DNA of 64,000 nucleotides from Tubiluchus corallicola (taxonomy: Eukaryota > Animalia > Priapulida): assembly GCA_030141605.1 (NCBI GenBank), contig JAQGDQ010000117.1:124001-188000 (forward strand). Reading direction: 5' to 3'. Under the pieces are notes generated by a model. The model made no database searches and was not told where the DNA came from. It saw nothing but the letters and a program-made list of their open reading frames with translations. How positions within the stretch are numbered: position 1 is the stretch's first letter; each line of letters starts with the position of its first letter. The translations under genes and the position numbers were made by a program. Positions 1-12,000 of this stretch are shown piece after piece.

Positions 1-99
1 GAATTTTTAAGTGAAGTTTAGCGAACTGCAGAAGTTTTGTTACACATGCCTCCATTCTGTCAACCAGCTTACTTAATTTTTTTTAAATATGCCCATAGC

Positions 100-472
100 A
101 AGGGCTGGATTGTCCTATAGGCTAATTATAGGCTGCAGCCTAGAGCCTCTCAAGCTTGGGGGTTGTCAAGCTTTGATGACATTTGATAAAAAATCCTCTT
201 TTTCACTATGGCTGTACTGAAATATGTGTTAATTTGCTTTTCAGTAAATTGTAAAATAGTGGTATCTCTTAAAGAACATTTTATTGACAAACAAAAGATA
301 GCTATTCTAGTTTATTTAAGTAATTTACAACAAGTTTACTTCAAATTATGTAAATCTTGTTAAAATATATCGCAAATATTCGGAATAAGACCAGCCATTG
401 GAGCGCCATCTGAGGGGAACATACCATAAATTTTATTAGCCTAAGGTTCCAAAAGGTCATAATCCAGCCATG
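100..472. mobile_element. degraded hAT-like MITE (copy 1)
   Basis: Imperfect terminal inverted repeats AAGGGCTGGATT ... AATCCAGCCATG. Ends and interior align by eye with 17479-17838. TSD is eroded. Confidence 0.55.
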
Positions 473-481
473 TCTGCAGCA

Positions 482-655
482 ATGTTCGTTTGGTGGAAGA
501 TACAAATCATTTAAATTTCTTTTGCATTTTTAACCAAGGCGTTTTATGCAGTATATTATGTAGCAATTTCAGTATTTTTTAAGTGTATATTAAAATACAA
601 TAGATGTTGTTCAAGGTTTGGTTTTCTTTTCACTTAAATTTGTGATCAGAAGTTC
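482..655 (+). repeat. dispersed direct repeat, second copy at about 2422-2595
   Basis: ATGTTCGTTTGG...ATTTAAATTTCTTTTGCATTTTTAA(C/G)CAAGGC...ATCAGAAG is shared between the two loci. Confidence 0.7.
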
Positions 656-988
656 TTATCCCCCACATTGATATAACCTTACATTTTGTTCAAATTTTTC
701 AGTAATTCTGTACTTTATTACTTTTTCAAGTACTTTACTAATTATATTAATAATAAAAATTTCTCTTCTATTTCTAATTCCAGTTTGTTACCTTTTCCTT
801 TATATATTGCCTTGATTTTCATGGTCTTACTCATTTACCAACTTAGCTAATTATGAAATCATCTCCTGCTGCTTCTATCATTTCCTTTTTCCATCTTTGC
901 CTGTCTTGTGATTTTCCATTTTTAGTTGCTTAGTAGCTAAGCACTATTACTTCCTTTTTAGTTGATGTACTTGCTTTACATTTGCTAG

Positions 989-1080
989 TGTTTCTATACT
1001 TCTATATGCAAGACTTTATTTCTTCCACTTAAATGTTTCTATACTTCTATATGCAAGACTTTATTTCTTTCACTTAAATG
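989..1080 (+). repeat. ~45-bp tandem duplication
   Basis: GTTTCTATACTTCTATATGCAAGACTTTATTTCTT(C/T)CACTTAAAT occurs twice head-to-tail. Confidence 0.85.
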
Positions 1081-1249
1081 CTCTTGATTCTAGATTCTAA
1101 ATAGTTCTAAATAATAATTTGCGTATTCATACTTAACTTTTTTAACATCTTCAAGTCTTTTTCCTTCGATCTAATATTGCACTAGCTACTTCTGATTTCA
1201 CAGAGTCTATCCTTTTCTTGGATTCCGAAAAGGCACCATGATCTAGTTT

Positions 1250-1520
1250 ATTTCCTTGTCATCTTTTTAACTGCATTGTTGATTTTTGCTCTTCTGGCTT
1301 CCCACTGTTGGGTTATAATTTCTTCATCAATGAACTCAATTCTTAATCTTTTTATTTTGTTTTTAGTCACATTTTATTGTTGTTCAGCTTTTTGAAAATT
1401 AAATACTGCCATATGGCTTTAATTCATTTGTATTACTGTTGTTAATTCTGCTACTGTTGTCAATATAGTGGTGTAAAAATGATATTGCCAGTTTCAATAA
1501 CGATGATACTGATTTGGTGA
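1250..1520. repeat. dispersed repeat, inverted copy at about 4380-4625
   Basis: CATCTTTTTAACTGCATTGTTGATTTTTGCTCTTCTGGCTTCCCACTGTTGGG is a near match to the reverse complement of CCCAACAGTGGGAAGCCAGGAAAGCAAAAATCAACAATACAATTAAAAAGATG at about 4560-4612. Similarity extends on both sides. Confidence 0.7.
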
Positions 1521-4500
1521 TTGGGTTGCCTTCTCGTCACGAACCGAAATCAAGAGTTAAGAACCAGAGGGGGTCTGGGATTGAGCCCAAAAAGTCAACA
1601 CTTTCTTGTATTTAGATGTTTTTCAGAAACAAAAGTTAAGAAATTTAAACCATAAAGTAGTCCCGGTCCCACTACATTTCTTATGTTATGTTTTTTTAGA
1701 TTTCTGGAGATAGATGGTTTATGTTAAGTGAATTAAAGCTAAAGCGGAAGAATATTTGCATTGCAGCACTTGCCAGTTGCCACTGCAGCAAAAGTTGGCA
1801 AAAAACGTAGATAGCATTAAACGATGAAGCTAAGTAACTATTTAAACTTAATTTAATAAGTTTACTATTTTACTTAACAAGTATTCCACTGCTTTTAGCT
1901 TAGCTTTATGCAACGGTTCAAGAGGTTCTATTAAAGTCACGATCGCTTCACTCTTGGGTGCTCTCATTTTGAACGAAACATGGTGTCATCCGGTTACTGT
2001 ACAATATAAACACTTATCCTGCCAGGTGTTTCAGCAACCTTTTTTTCAACTTATACAGTGATCTCTATAAACTAATTAACCTGCCCAGCACCTACTATAT
2101 GTTTGCAAGTTGGCACGCATATCCGAAAGTCAACAAAAATCTGTATATTAATTATTCACACAATTAATACAAATTACTTACACATTTTAAGGTACATAAT
2201 CCTAAGAGTTAAATCTATGTAACAACTTTAAACTTGGTCATAATTGATCAAATGACTGTTTTTTTACATAAACACAGTAAAATGCAACGCTAGAATAACT
2301 GAACTTCTGAGTGAACTGTAGAAATTTCTCAAGGTGTATCTTCATCACAGCTTGCCTTTACAGCATTAATGCTAACCAGTAGGAACCAGTTTATGTCATT
2401 TTTTCAAACATTCCATCGGCGATGTTCGTTTGGCGCGAAACAAGAAATATTTAAATTTCTTTTGCATTTTTAAGCAAGGCATTTTTTATGGTGTGGTGAT
2501 TTTAATATTTTTAATTGCATATTAAAATGCAATAAATGTTGTTTGAGGATTGATTTTTCCTTTAAATTTCAATCTGATAGTCGAAATCAGAAGATTTTAA
2601 AATTTCTTAAAAAATCCGGCCTACAGATCTATGGATGTGAGGCTGAATTTCAGGAGATTCCACGCCAAATTTGGTGATGACGATTAGGTGCTAGCTATTT
2701 ATTATTTGTCTAGGTCCATTGCAAAGGTTTTGGAAACCTTGTTAGTTTTTTTAGCTTTTTACATGCAGTATGGTATTAATTGAATAACCTACAAAGTATC
2801 CTCAAATCTTGTAGCAGTATAAGTCAATACAAGTTGGTAGCTTAGGGATTAATTTATTGAATCTGTAATCAAATAAGGTTAACTATGCTAATAAAACTGT
2901 ATTAAGAGTTTCAAACATTGCATGGCACTTTTAACCTGTGCAAAAGTACAAAGCTATCTATTTGATAGCAAGTCCTGATTTTTGTGTCTTGAAAGTAATG
3001 GGATCTAAATTGTGCACACTTATGTCAATCGTGCTGTATCTTTACATTATGATCAGCAGTAACTCTACGTTCAAGGTTGCGATCATTACCACTGTGGATG
3101 TTCAAAGTTTTGTTTTAGCAAACAAATGTCTTATAGGTAAAGTACATTCGAGTACATAGATCACAGTGTTTGTGTCAAAGTTGTGCGACAGACTCAACCC
3201 TGCTTTTTTGCTTATTAGAAGCCTGCGCTTTTCTATGTTCTGTCTGCTCAAAAGTAAGTAACTTTTTCTTGTTTGTTTGTACATGCCTTATTTTAAATAC
3301 AATTTTTTATTTACACCATGACTAACATTTTTGTAAGGGTAAAGCTTGTGTTATCTGCGACTCTGTACATGTAGTTTGTTTTTTAGTTTTTGATTTCAGC
3401 TTCTCTTTAATTATATAAATGAGCGTATTGACTTTGTTGATAGACCTATTTCATAAATATAATTGTAAAATACAATAGTAGTAATGAATTGCATTTTGGT
3501 ATATCTTGGTAGTAATGATAACAGTTTAATCAAAGAAACTTTGAGAAAATTTTCAATTTTTTAAATAAATATTTGTTTCATGTTTGCTTTGAAACTGTAA
3601 AGTACTTCTGAGTTATTAGTTTTCTGCTATTATTTCGTCTGTTTGATTGAACACGACTGTTTTTACAAAATGATGCATTTGTTCGAGCTTATGCTTCGTT
3701 ATCAGCTGGGTAGCATTATTAGAATAGTAATAGTAAGTGATAGGAATGAAGAAGTTTTGAATTTGTCTTAAATCACCCCAAATTCTAATAATTCAATGTA
3801 TATCTTTTTGCCTTCTGACTATTGATCAGTACAATTATAATTACCAATGGATTTACTATCAATAATCCTGGCAGGCAGTGTGTTTTGACTAGTCTCCTTG
3901 TTGATAAGGTAAACCCTCTCATTTACTGCAAAATGTTTCACCAAATACAATATTTCATATAGCATAATGAATACGCACCTTAAAAAGCTCATTGATGCTA
4001 CTAATTTCGTCATGCAAGCAGTTTTTAATATTTAAAATTTCAATATATGTATATGATCAGTTTTGCAAAGTTCAGGAAAACTGAGCATAAATGATGGCAT
4101 AAAATTGCTGCAATACATTTTTTCCATGTAAAAACGATGTACAATAATTGACTCGGATTGATTATTTAGTTCAGTTACTCAAGGCATATTATAGGCTGTA
4201 ATGATTCCCTCATAATGTCACTATCCTCAGAACTTTCATCTCTTGTGGACAGCTCTTGTGTTATTGGTTATTCGTTTAATACCACACTGAATTTAAAAAA
4301 AACTAACAATGCTTCCAAAACCTATGCAGTGGGCCTAAACAAAATAGTAAACGGCTAGGGCCTAGTTGGAACAGTAAAATCATCATCACCAAACCAATGT
4401 CACCATTTTTGTAACATTAAGTAGTAGCATTAAGAGCAGTTAAAAACTGAACAACAACATAATGAGACTAAAAGCAAATTTTTTAGAATATGTTGGTAGA

Positions 4501-4946
4501 TTAATTATATTAAGAATGGAATAGATTAAGAACAGAGTTGATTGACAAACTAATTATATCCCAACAGTGGGAAGCCAGGAAAGCAAAAATCAACAATACA
4601 ATTAAAAAGATGATTAAAGGAAGTAAACATGAGACCCTGTAAAATCAGAAATACCATCATTAGTTGGCTTTAAGGTCCAAGAATTCTTGGTGTCTACAGT
4701 TTTGTCCAGCAATTAGTAAAGGAACTGACAACTGGCATTGTTATCCCATGTATTTACAAAGACTTGTCTGTATTCAACATTAAACCATTTGCATTACTCA
4801 CTATAAAATTGCAACGCTCCATGAATTTGATCACAAAATCAGTGCTTACTTTATTAACGTGGTACTTGAGAAACTACAACGTGGTGATTACTTTATTAAA
4901 GTGGTTCAATTTTTTTTTAATCTAGGCGAAGCAAGTTAATCAAGCA

Positions 4947-6947
4947 ATGTCTTCTTCAACTAAAAACGTTTCCATCAAGATGAATCCTGATCTGCAACGA
5001 GAAAGATCAAATGCCACTTTTGATGTGGAACAGCTGACGTATCTGCTGTACTATGGTGAATATACCACCAAGCACAAACGTGAGATTGAAGAAATGGTAT
5101 TTAGTGATAAGGATTTCATCAGCATGAAGGACCACCGTTTTTTGTCGCGTAGTGAACGATACGGTCAAGCTGTACATAAAGCTGTTCTTGCAGTTAAAAA
5201 ATTTGGCAAGCTTGGACTATCGGGAATTGCTAATGAATACTTATATAGAAGGGCAGTCATGGTGTATGATAATGATCCATTAGCCTTACATGATCTCATG
5301 TTCCTTCCAGCACTAGAGAGCCTGTCTACTGAGGAACAAAAAAAGAAGTGGTTGAAAATGGCACAAAACTACATCATTATAGGAACTTATGCACAAACAG
5401 AACTGGGACATGGTACTCATATTCGTAAGATAGAGACCACTGCTACTTATGTCCCTCAAACTGAAGAGTTCATTATTAACAGTCCAACACTGTCATCAAT
5501 GAAATGGTGGCCTGGCAATATGGCAAAAACCAGTAATTACGTCATACTGATGGCGCAGTTATACATTGGCAGTAAATGCTATGGTATCCATCCCTTCCTT
5601 GTGCAGATTAGAAGTTTAGACACCCACACACCTCTACCTGGTATAGAAGTCGGTGACATTGGACCAAAGATGGGATTTGATGCCAACGACAATGGATATT
5701 TAAAGTTCAATTATGTGAGAATTCCCCGTGAAAACATGCTAATGAAGAACTCTCAGGTTCTTAAGGATGGCACTTATGTTAAACCATCTAGTGAAAAGCT
5801 GTCTTATGGCACAATGGTGTTCGTCAGAGCTATGATTGTCTTTGACACTGCTATCTATCTTGCCAAAGCTCTAACAATTGCCATTCGGTACAGTGCAGTT
5901 AGGCGTCAGTCAGAAATTGAACCCGGTGGTCCTGAACCTCAAGTTCTTGATTTTGTAACTCAGCAGTACAAACTATTCCCACTTCTAGCTTCTGCTTATG
6001 CCTTCCACTTTGTAGGGGAGTTTATGCGAGATACTTACTATTCCATGGCTGCCATTATAGAAGGTGGTGACTTGGATCTTTTACCAGAGTTACATAGTTT
6101 ATCTTGCTGTCTTAAGGCACTAAGTACCTGGGTTGTGTCTTCGGGAATCGAACAATGCCGTATGTGCTGTGGTGGGCACGGATATTCAAAAGCTAGCGCT
6201 TTCCCAGATTTGTATGTGTTTGCAACTCCTGCTTGCACTTATGAGGGTGAAAATACAGTGCTGATGTTGCAGAGTGCCAGGTATTTGGTTAAGTGTTTTT
6301 CTGCTGCGCAAAGTGGGAAAAAGCTTGCCAGATCAGTTGCATATCTTTCTCAGCCTAGTCCAGAAAGATTTACATTTGAGAAGACGGGATGTTTTTCTTC
6401 TGCATTTGCACATAGAGCAAAGAGGTTAGTGTCATATACGTGTGGCCAACTGAAACGCCAAACAGATCAAGGAATTACCTATGAACGGGCTTGGAACAAC
6501 TGTTCTGTCGACTTGCTAAATGCTGCAAAAGCTCATGCTGAGTATTTCACGGTACAAAATTTTGAGACCGTGCTTGGAAGAGAGGGCTTGAACATGCCAG
6601 TAAAAGAAGTACTGTCCTCGCTGTGTGAGCTCTACAGTTTATACACTATTCAAGAATCAGCAGGCGACTTTCTTGCAGATGGTTACATGAATGGAGAGCA
6701 GTTGTCACAGGTTAAGCGTCGAGTGGTGGAATTACTAGCAGAGATTAGACCAAATGCTGTAGCACTAGTCGATGCATTTGACTTCAGAGATGAAATGCTT
6801 CGTAGCGCTTTGGGTGCCTACGATGGAAACGTGTACGAAAGGTTATACGAGTTTGCCAAGCAGTCTACTCTGAATAAAACAGAAATTCACCCCTCTTATT
6901 ATAAGTACCTGAAGCCTATGATGGAAAGTGCTAGATCAAAATTGTAA
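4947..6947 (+). CDS. ACOX1: peroxisomal acyl-CoA oxidase 1 (666 aa, single coding exon)
   Basis: Uninterrupted ORF with ACOX1 hallmarks: MNPDLQRER start motif (Met12), GTYAQTELGHG, KWWPG, CGGHGY FAD-binding motif, TYEGEN with the catalytic Glu, and C-terminal PTS1 -SKL. Splice acceptor ttttttttaatctAG at 4924-4925 lies 21 nt before the ATG. AATAAA at 6961 and 7561. Confidence 0.96.
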   Translation: MSSSTKNVSIKMNPDLQRERSNATFDVEQLTYLLYYGEYTTKHKREIEEMVFSDKDFISMKDHRFLSRSERYGQAVHKAVLAVKKFGKLGLSGIANEYLYRRAVMVYDNDPLALHDLMFLPALESLSTEEQKKKWLKMAQNYIIIGTYAQTELGHGTHIRKIETTATYVPQTEEFIINSPTLSSMKWWPGNMAKTSNYVILMAQLYIGSKCYGIHPFLVQIRSLDTHTPLPGIEVGDIGPKMGFDANDNGYLKFNYVRIPRENMLMKNSQVLKDGTYVKPSSEKLSYGTMVFVRAMIVFDTAIYLAKALTIAIRYSAVRRQSEIEPGGPEPQVLDFVTQQYKLFPLLASAYAFHFVGEFMRDTYYSMAAIIEGGDLDLLPELHSLSCCLKALSTWVVSSGIEQCRMCCGGHGYSKASAFPDLYVFATPACTYEGENTVLMLQSARYLVKCFSAAQSGKKLARSVAYLSQPSPERFTFEKTGCFSSAFAHRAKRLVSYTCGQLKRQTDQGITYERAWNNCSVDLLNAAKAHAEYFTVQNFETVLGREGLNMPVKEVLSSLCELYSLYTIQESAGDFLADGYMNGEQLSQVKRRVVELLAEIRPNAVALVDAFDFRDEMLRSALGAYDGNVYERLYEFAKQSTLNKTEIHPSYYKYLKPMMESARSKL

Positions 6948-8646
6948 CTGCCTTCCCATTAATAAACAATTATCTTTTAAAATTAGAATATCCCATTCCA
7001 GCTGTGTGTAACAAGTGCCGTACAGTTTGTGATAAAAAATAACACTGGTGTTTTAAATTTTTAATTTACATTTAGCAGTTTAGGAGTACTACTCTCTAAT
7101 AACTTTGTCAAAGATACACTGTTGTTACTTGGTAGCAGAAAACGTCAGCTTACTGGAGTCCACATTTATACAGAAGTACATAAAGAAATGGAATAATTTA
7201 AAAGCACAGGATTTATAGTCATAAAAATTGAAATAGAGTTACACTAAAATTCTCACATTTGTAATCAAGATCTGTTGAATGGAAGTATGCAGAAGGTGTA
7301 TTCTATCCAATTATGTCTGTCATTATCTAATATAAGTGAGTATTTCTTAATTTCTTCTTAAATATTGTCAGTTGTTTATCTACAAAGAAATGTACGTAAT
7401 ATTTTATCTGCCCTTATAAATGCATTTTAGTTTTGCAGTTATATACTGGGATACCTAAACATAAATTATTAAAATTATGCTGCTATTAAAAAATTAAAAT
7501 GCTAAGTCAATACAAGAATTGATTGAGGGAGACTTGTGAAGAAAATGCTTTGTCGTGTGAAATAAAATGCTTTTAATTGAATGCTTATTATCATTTACTT
7601 TTCTCTGTCTATTGTTGCATTTTATTCTCAAGTGCCTCTTTAATAACTTGTAATGTTTAGATATTGACTAATGTAAATTAAGTGATAGTATTATTAGAAT
7701 GTTACAGACAACAAATATTACATTCACTTTGAGATATGAATGACTAATTAGTGACTACATTTAAAAAAAATATTTTGACATCAGTTACAGCAATGGGAAC
7801 TGCAGGCTAGTAGATCATTACCGGGTAATCATTAATTTAAACAGTTGCCCATTTTAACAACGTTCTAGATCATATATGGTATAACAGATATTGTGCAAAA
7901 GATCATAATAGGATTACAACATTTTTTTATATTTTTTTCTCTAATAATTTTGCTTGAAATACCTTAGTTAAAAACCATATTGTCGATTTCGTACAGTAAG
8001 CATTGGAAATTTTTGAAATTAGCATGCCAAAATTGACGTTTTTGCACAAAATTCTGGCTGGAATATACAGGCCAACAACGTTTGCACCATTGCGTGAGCA
8101 CTAGGTACTGTAACTTTTGACCTGTTAGATCTTATAGTGGAAACTGACCAATATCCACAGACCTTTACCCTTTGGTCCAAGGTCACGGGTTGTTCTATTC
8201 CTGGTATAGTATCTGTATAACAAGTTTTGTGAATCTAGCTTTTGCGATTTTCGAGTTATTGACGTGACTGTTTTAACATTTTCATTCATGTCACGTGCGT
8301 GACCAGGCATCTCCCACTTTTTGAAAAAATCCTACTGTACGTCTACCCCTATAAATGCAAAAACAAAACAAAATACTGCAAGAGGATTTAAGCGACGAAA
8401 ACGTGTGCACTAATTTCGACATTCTGACCTCTGTCATGTGACTTATCCACGCCTACTTTTTATAAGCTTTCAATGCATATCTAGCCTATGACACTATAGA
8501 GCTTATGAACCTATCTCAAATTCCTATGAGGAATTCAGTGAGAAGCTTAATTATTAAATAATAGTGGTGGCCATTTTGAAATCCAAGACGGCAGCTGAAA
8601 ATGTGCATGAAAAAAATGGCACACCATTTTTTAATTTAGCTCCAAT

Positions 8647-9064
8647 CAGGGGTGTATGAACCAATAGGCAACTAGGCTATGATTACCATAGCCTAGGGCG
8701 CCAATGTTTGAGGGGCGCCACATTTTAGGCGCCCAATTTAAAAAAAATTCTTATTCTCCTGGGAAACGAGCGTTGTATAACACACCGCTTGTTTAACAAC
8801 AGGCAGTTACTGAGCTTAACTGTCATATAACGAACAAGTGTAATGTACTACACAACAAATAGTTGCCCAGCCTGCTTATATATAAGCGCAGTTCATAAAC
8901 ACACAATTAACAATGGCCGGGTAGAAGCTAGCTTAATAGTATTACTAATACACCACAAGTAATTGTTTACCCTGTTCAGTACATAACCTATCAGCAATTC
9001 ACAATTCAGATAGGCGGGACAAATCTACCAGCTTAGGGTATCGTGAAGTCTTGATACGCCCCTG
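8647..9064. mobile_element. non-autonomous hAT element (MITE, 418 bp) with 8-bp TSD
   Basis: TIRs CAGGGGTGTATGAA / TTGATACGCCCCTG. Perfect 8-bp duplication GCTCCAAT at 8639-8646 and 9065-9072. An 8-bp TSD with CAG ends is typical of hAT. Confidence 0.88.
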
Positions 9065-10296
9065 GCTCCAATAAGTTGACAAAGCTGACCACAAAAAAAA
9101 ACAACTTTGTCAGAAAGATCGACCTGGAATATCCAAGAGCCTGTTCTAATTGTAATAATTTTATCATGATCTTCAGCTTGCTTATTTATTTTCAAACGCT
9201 ATTAACTACACTTAAATAGTCGCGACAGCGCTGTAGCCTAACTTTCCCATTGTTACCGATAAGCAGGAACATTATCCTGTAGTAAGATAGCCGTAAACCT
9301 GTAATATGTCAACCTCTATAATGTGTCCTTACCTTCGAGGTCGCTTGGGCTCTCTGACAATGATATTTGGCTCATGTCTGATTTAGTATAATTATATTTT
9401 TTCAGAAAAAAAGCTGTACTAGTTTTCTCGACTAATAGGGGACTAGTGATATTGCAATCGATAGTGAGATGGTTGCTAATCATACTGTTGCAATGTGGTC
9501 AAGCAACAGCAATCATAACTGTGAATACGAAACACAGACACGTTTTCCTGTTACTGTAACTCGTCCACATATTTTTGTGAAAATCGAAAGAATATACTGA
9601 TTCAAGAGACGCTACTGTAACTGCCGGCAGCCAGGTTGGAAAAACAGTTTCCTGGTAGTCTCGTATCTCGTTGTCATGAACAGTCTTGTGTTTTTATAGC
9701 CCACATGTTGCCTATTTGTCTGTCTGAATTTTATTCATGACACATACATGTTCGATGTACGTATTTTCTGTCCACTATAATAACGTTTGAGGAGACTTCA
9801 TTGCATAAACGCAGTCAGTCCCAGTCCGCCCAGTCACTGCCGTTTCACAATTATTTCTTTAATCCTAAGATTCGCGGCTCACAAACAGTCATTTATTCCT
9901 TTATTTTGGATAAATGACATCGCTTCACTTTTCTAAACACGGCTTATTAGCCATAGGTTTACGTCTCTATCAGAGCTTGCATCTCTATTGCGAACTGAAT
10001 TAACTGTTCCATTTGAGTTAGTGGTCCGGGAGACCTTTGCTGGATTGATAAGCTCCTGGGACAAAAGAGGAATTGAAGCTGGGTGGATTATTTGTAAAAT
10101 AGGCGGGAAATTGACGTTTGTTCCTTTTGTCGTCAAACTAAATTGCTCTTTTCAGTTGGAGCATATGGTAGAGCTTTGAAAAATCAAACCATCCAAATAG
10201 AGAGATGTGGAACTGTTTAAAATCAGTAGATAGACTGGATTAGAAGATAATTGCCTTGAATTTAATCACTTTTTGAGGATTTCTTGATTATTTTAA

Positions 10297-10832
10297 AGCA
10301 AAACATTTAGCCACTGAGGTTATTGTTGCTAAACTTACAAAGTACCATAAATACTTTAAGAGCATTTAATTTTTGAACATACTGGCTTTATTCTTAAGAC
10401 AAATGTAACTATTCTTATAGATGTATTGCATGTTATGATAGGATTTTTGTTTAAGCTCTGCAGCTAGAATGAGCAACAATCACTTTTACATCTAGATCGA
10501 GTGTACTAAAACAATACAAAATATAAATAAATATAAAAATGCAAAATATAAAATACACCTTAGAATTAGCAAAACATTTAGCCGCTGCGGCGATTGTTGC
10601 TAAACTTGCAAAGTACCATAAACGCTTTAATGGCATTTAATTTTAGAATATACTGGCTTTATTCTTAAGACAAATGTAACTATTCTTATAGATGCATTGC
10701 ATGTTATGATAGGATTTTTGTTTAAGCTCTGCAGCTAGAATGAGCAACAATCACTTTTACATCCAGGTCGAGTTTGCTAAAGCAATACAAAATATAAATA
10801 AATATAAAAATGTAAAATACACCTTAGAATTA
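10297..10832 (+). repeat. tandem duplication, 271-bp period, two copies
   Basis: AGCAAAACATTTAGCC starts at 10297 and at 10568. The copies are highly similar through ...ACACCTTAGAATTA. Confidence 0.9.
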
Positions 10833-11909
10833 TGTTTTTGGTAAACTGGTGTCTCGTCTTGGTGACTTGATAATCACAGTTTGTAGTTTTGTTATGCCTT
10901 TTTGGCTCTCGCAGAAAAGCATAATAAGACTTTGATTCCCAAAAATTGACGGTAAGGAAGCTTGGTTGCAGAGCTTTGGTCGCCAGTGCCCATATGGATG
11001 TACGGCTGTCGTTCATTGATCACTGTCACTGTACTCCGTTAACTCGTTTGTTTGAGTTGATCGTAGAGTAGGTGAGGTATGTGGCTAGTATTTTTTTAAA
11101 TTACGTTCTACTCATATCATTATGTTAAAGTATTAATCGGCTGAGATCCATGCAAGTTGATATATCAAGGACCAATGGGGTAGATAGCGATGATCTTAAA
11201 GACAATGCTTATGTTAAAGGAAATACAGACTGATGTGGGATTGTAATATGTAATCAAATAACACATTTTTTCCAGGCAGCCAGTGAACGAAGAGAACGTT
11301 AATTACGTTTGGTCCTACAGAGATTTAATTGATTACGTTTGAGCATTTGATGACAATAAAACAAGCACCCACTGTTTCCCATTTCCTTCAAACGACCACG
11401 TCGTCTCATTTTAAGCGATTCTGGCAAATATTTAATGAACTCTATTAAGCAATGTAATGGACGCTTAATAATCCTATGATGGCTTGTTTATCTGTGTTAG
11501 CGCCCCCTGCCTGGTATGAAAAGGATTAGGCAGCATGTGACATTTCGCCGAGCTAATCTCGTCACCTTTCGCTTGAGTGATCCTAAATTGGATTGAAAAT
11601 TGCTCCTTTACGTGCTTAATAGCAGCTGCATGGATATAAATTTCATGATGACGACATCGAAAATGAATCGCTCCTTACTAGCAACTGTAAAAACAGCCCA
11701 TTGTTTTTCGCAATTCATGCTATACAGAATGTTTAAAACACGAGAGTGCTCTTCTGATGTTTACTATTAAGAATAAAAAGTTAAAAGTTCTTTATTAGTC
11801 CTTTTTTGCAGACTGAGTGTCTTACCTTTGGTTTCCACGGGCACAACAGGCGCAAGTTACACATAGTCACTTACCTATGTTTAGATTATTCGCTTGCGAA
11901 GTAACTTTG

Positions 11910-11913
<4 letters not shown>

Positions 11914-12000
<87 letters not shown>
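11914..12000. repeat. (CT)n microsatellite
   Basis: Seen directly in the sequence. Confidence 0.97.

Noticed and set aside
6945-6950. Stop-codon readthrough producing a cryptic peroxisomal signal in ACOX1
   Set aside because: PTS1 (SKL) is already before the stop, and the context TAA CTG is not the TGA CTA readthrough motif.
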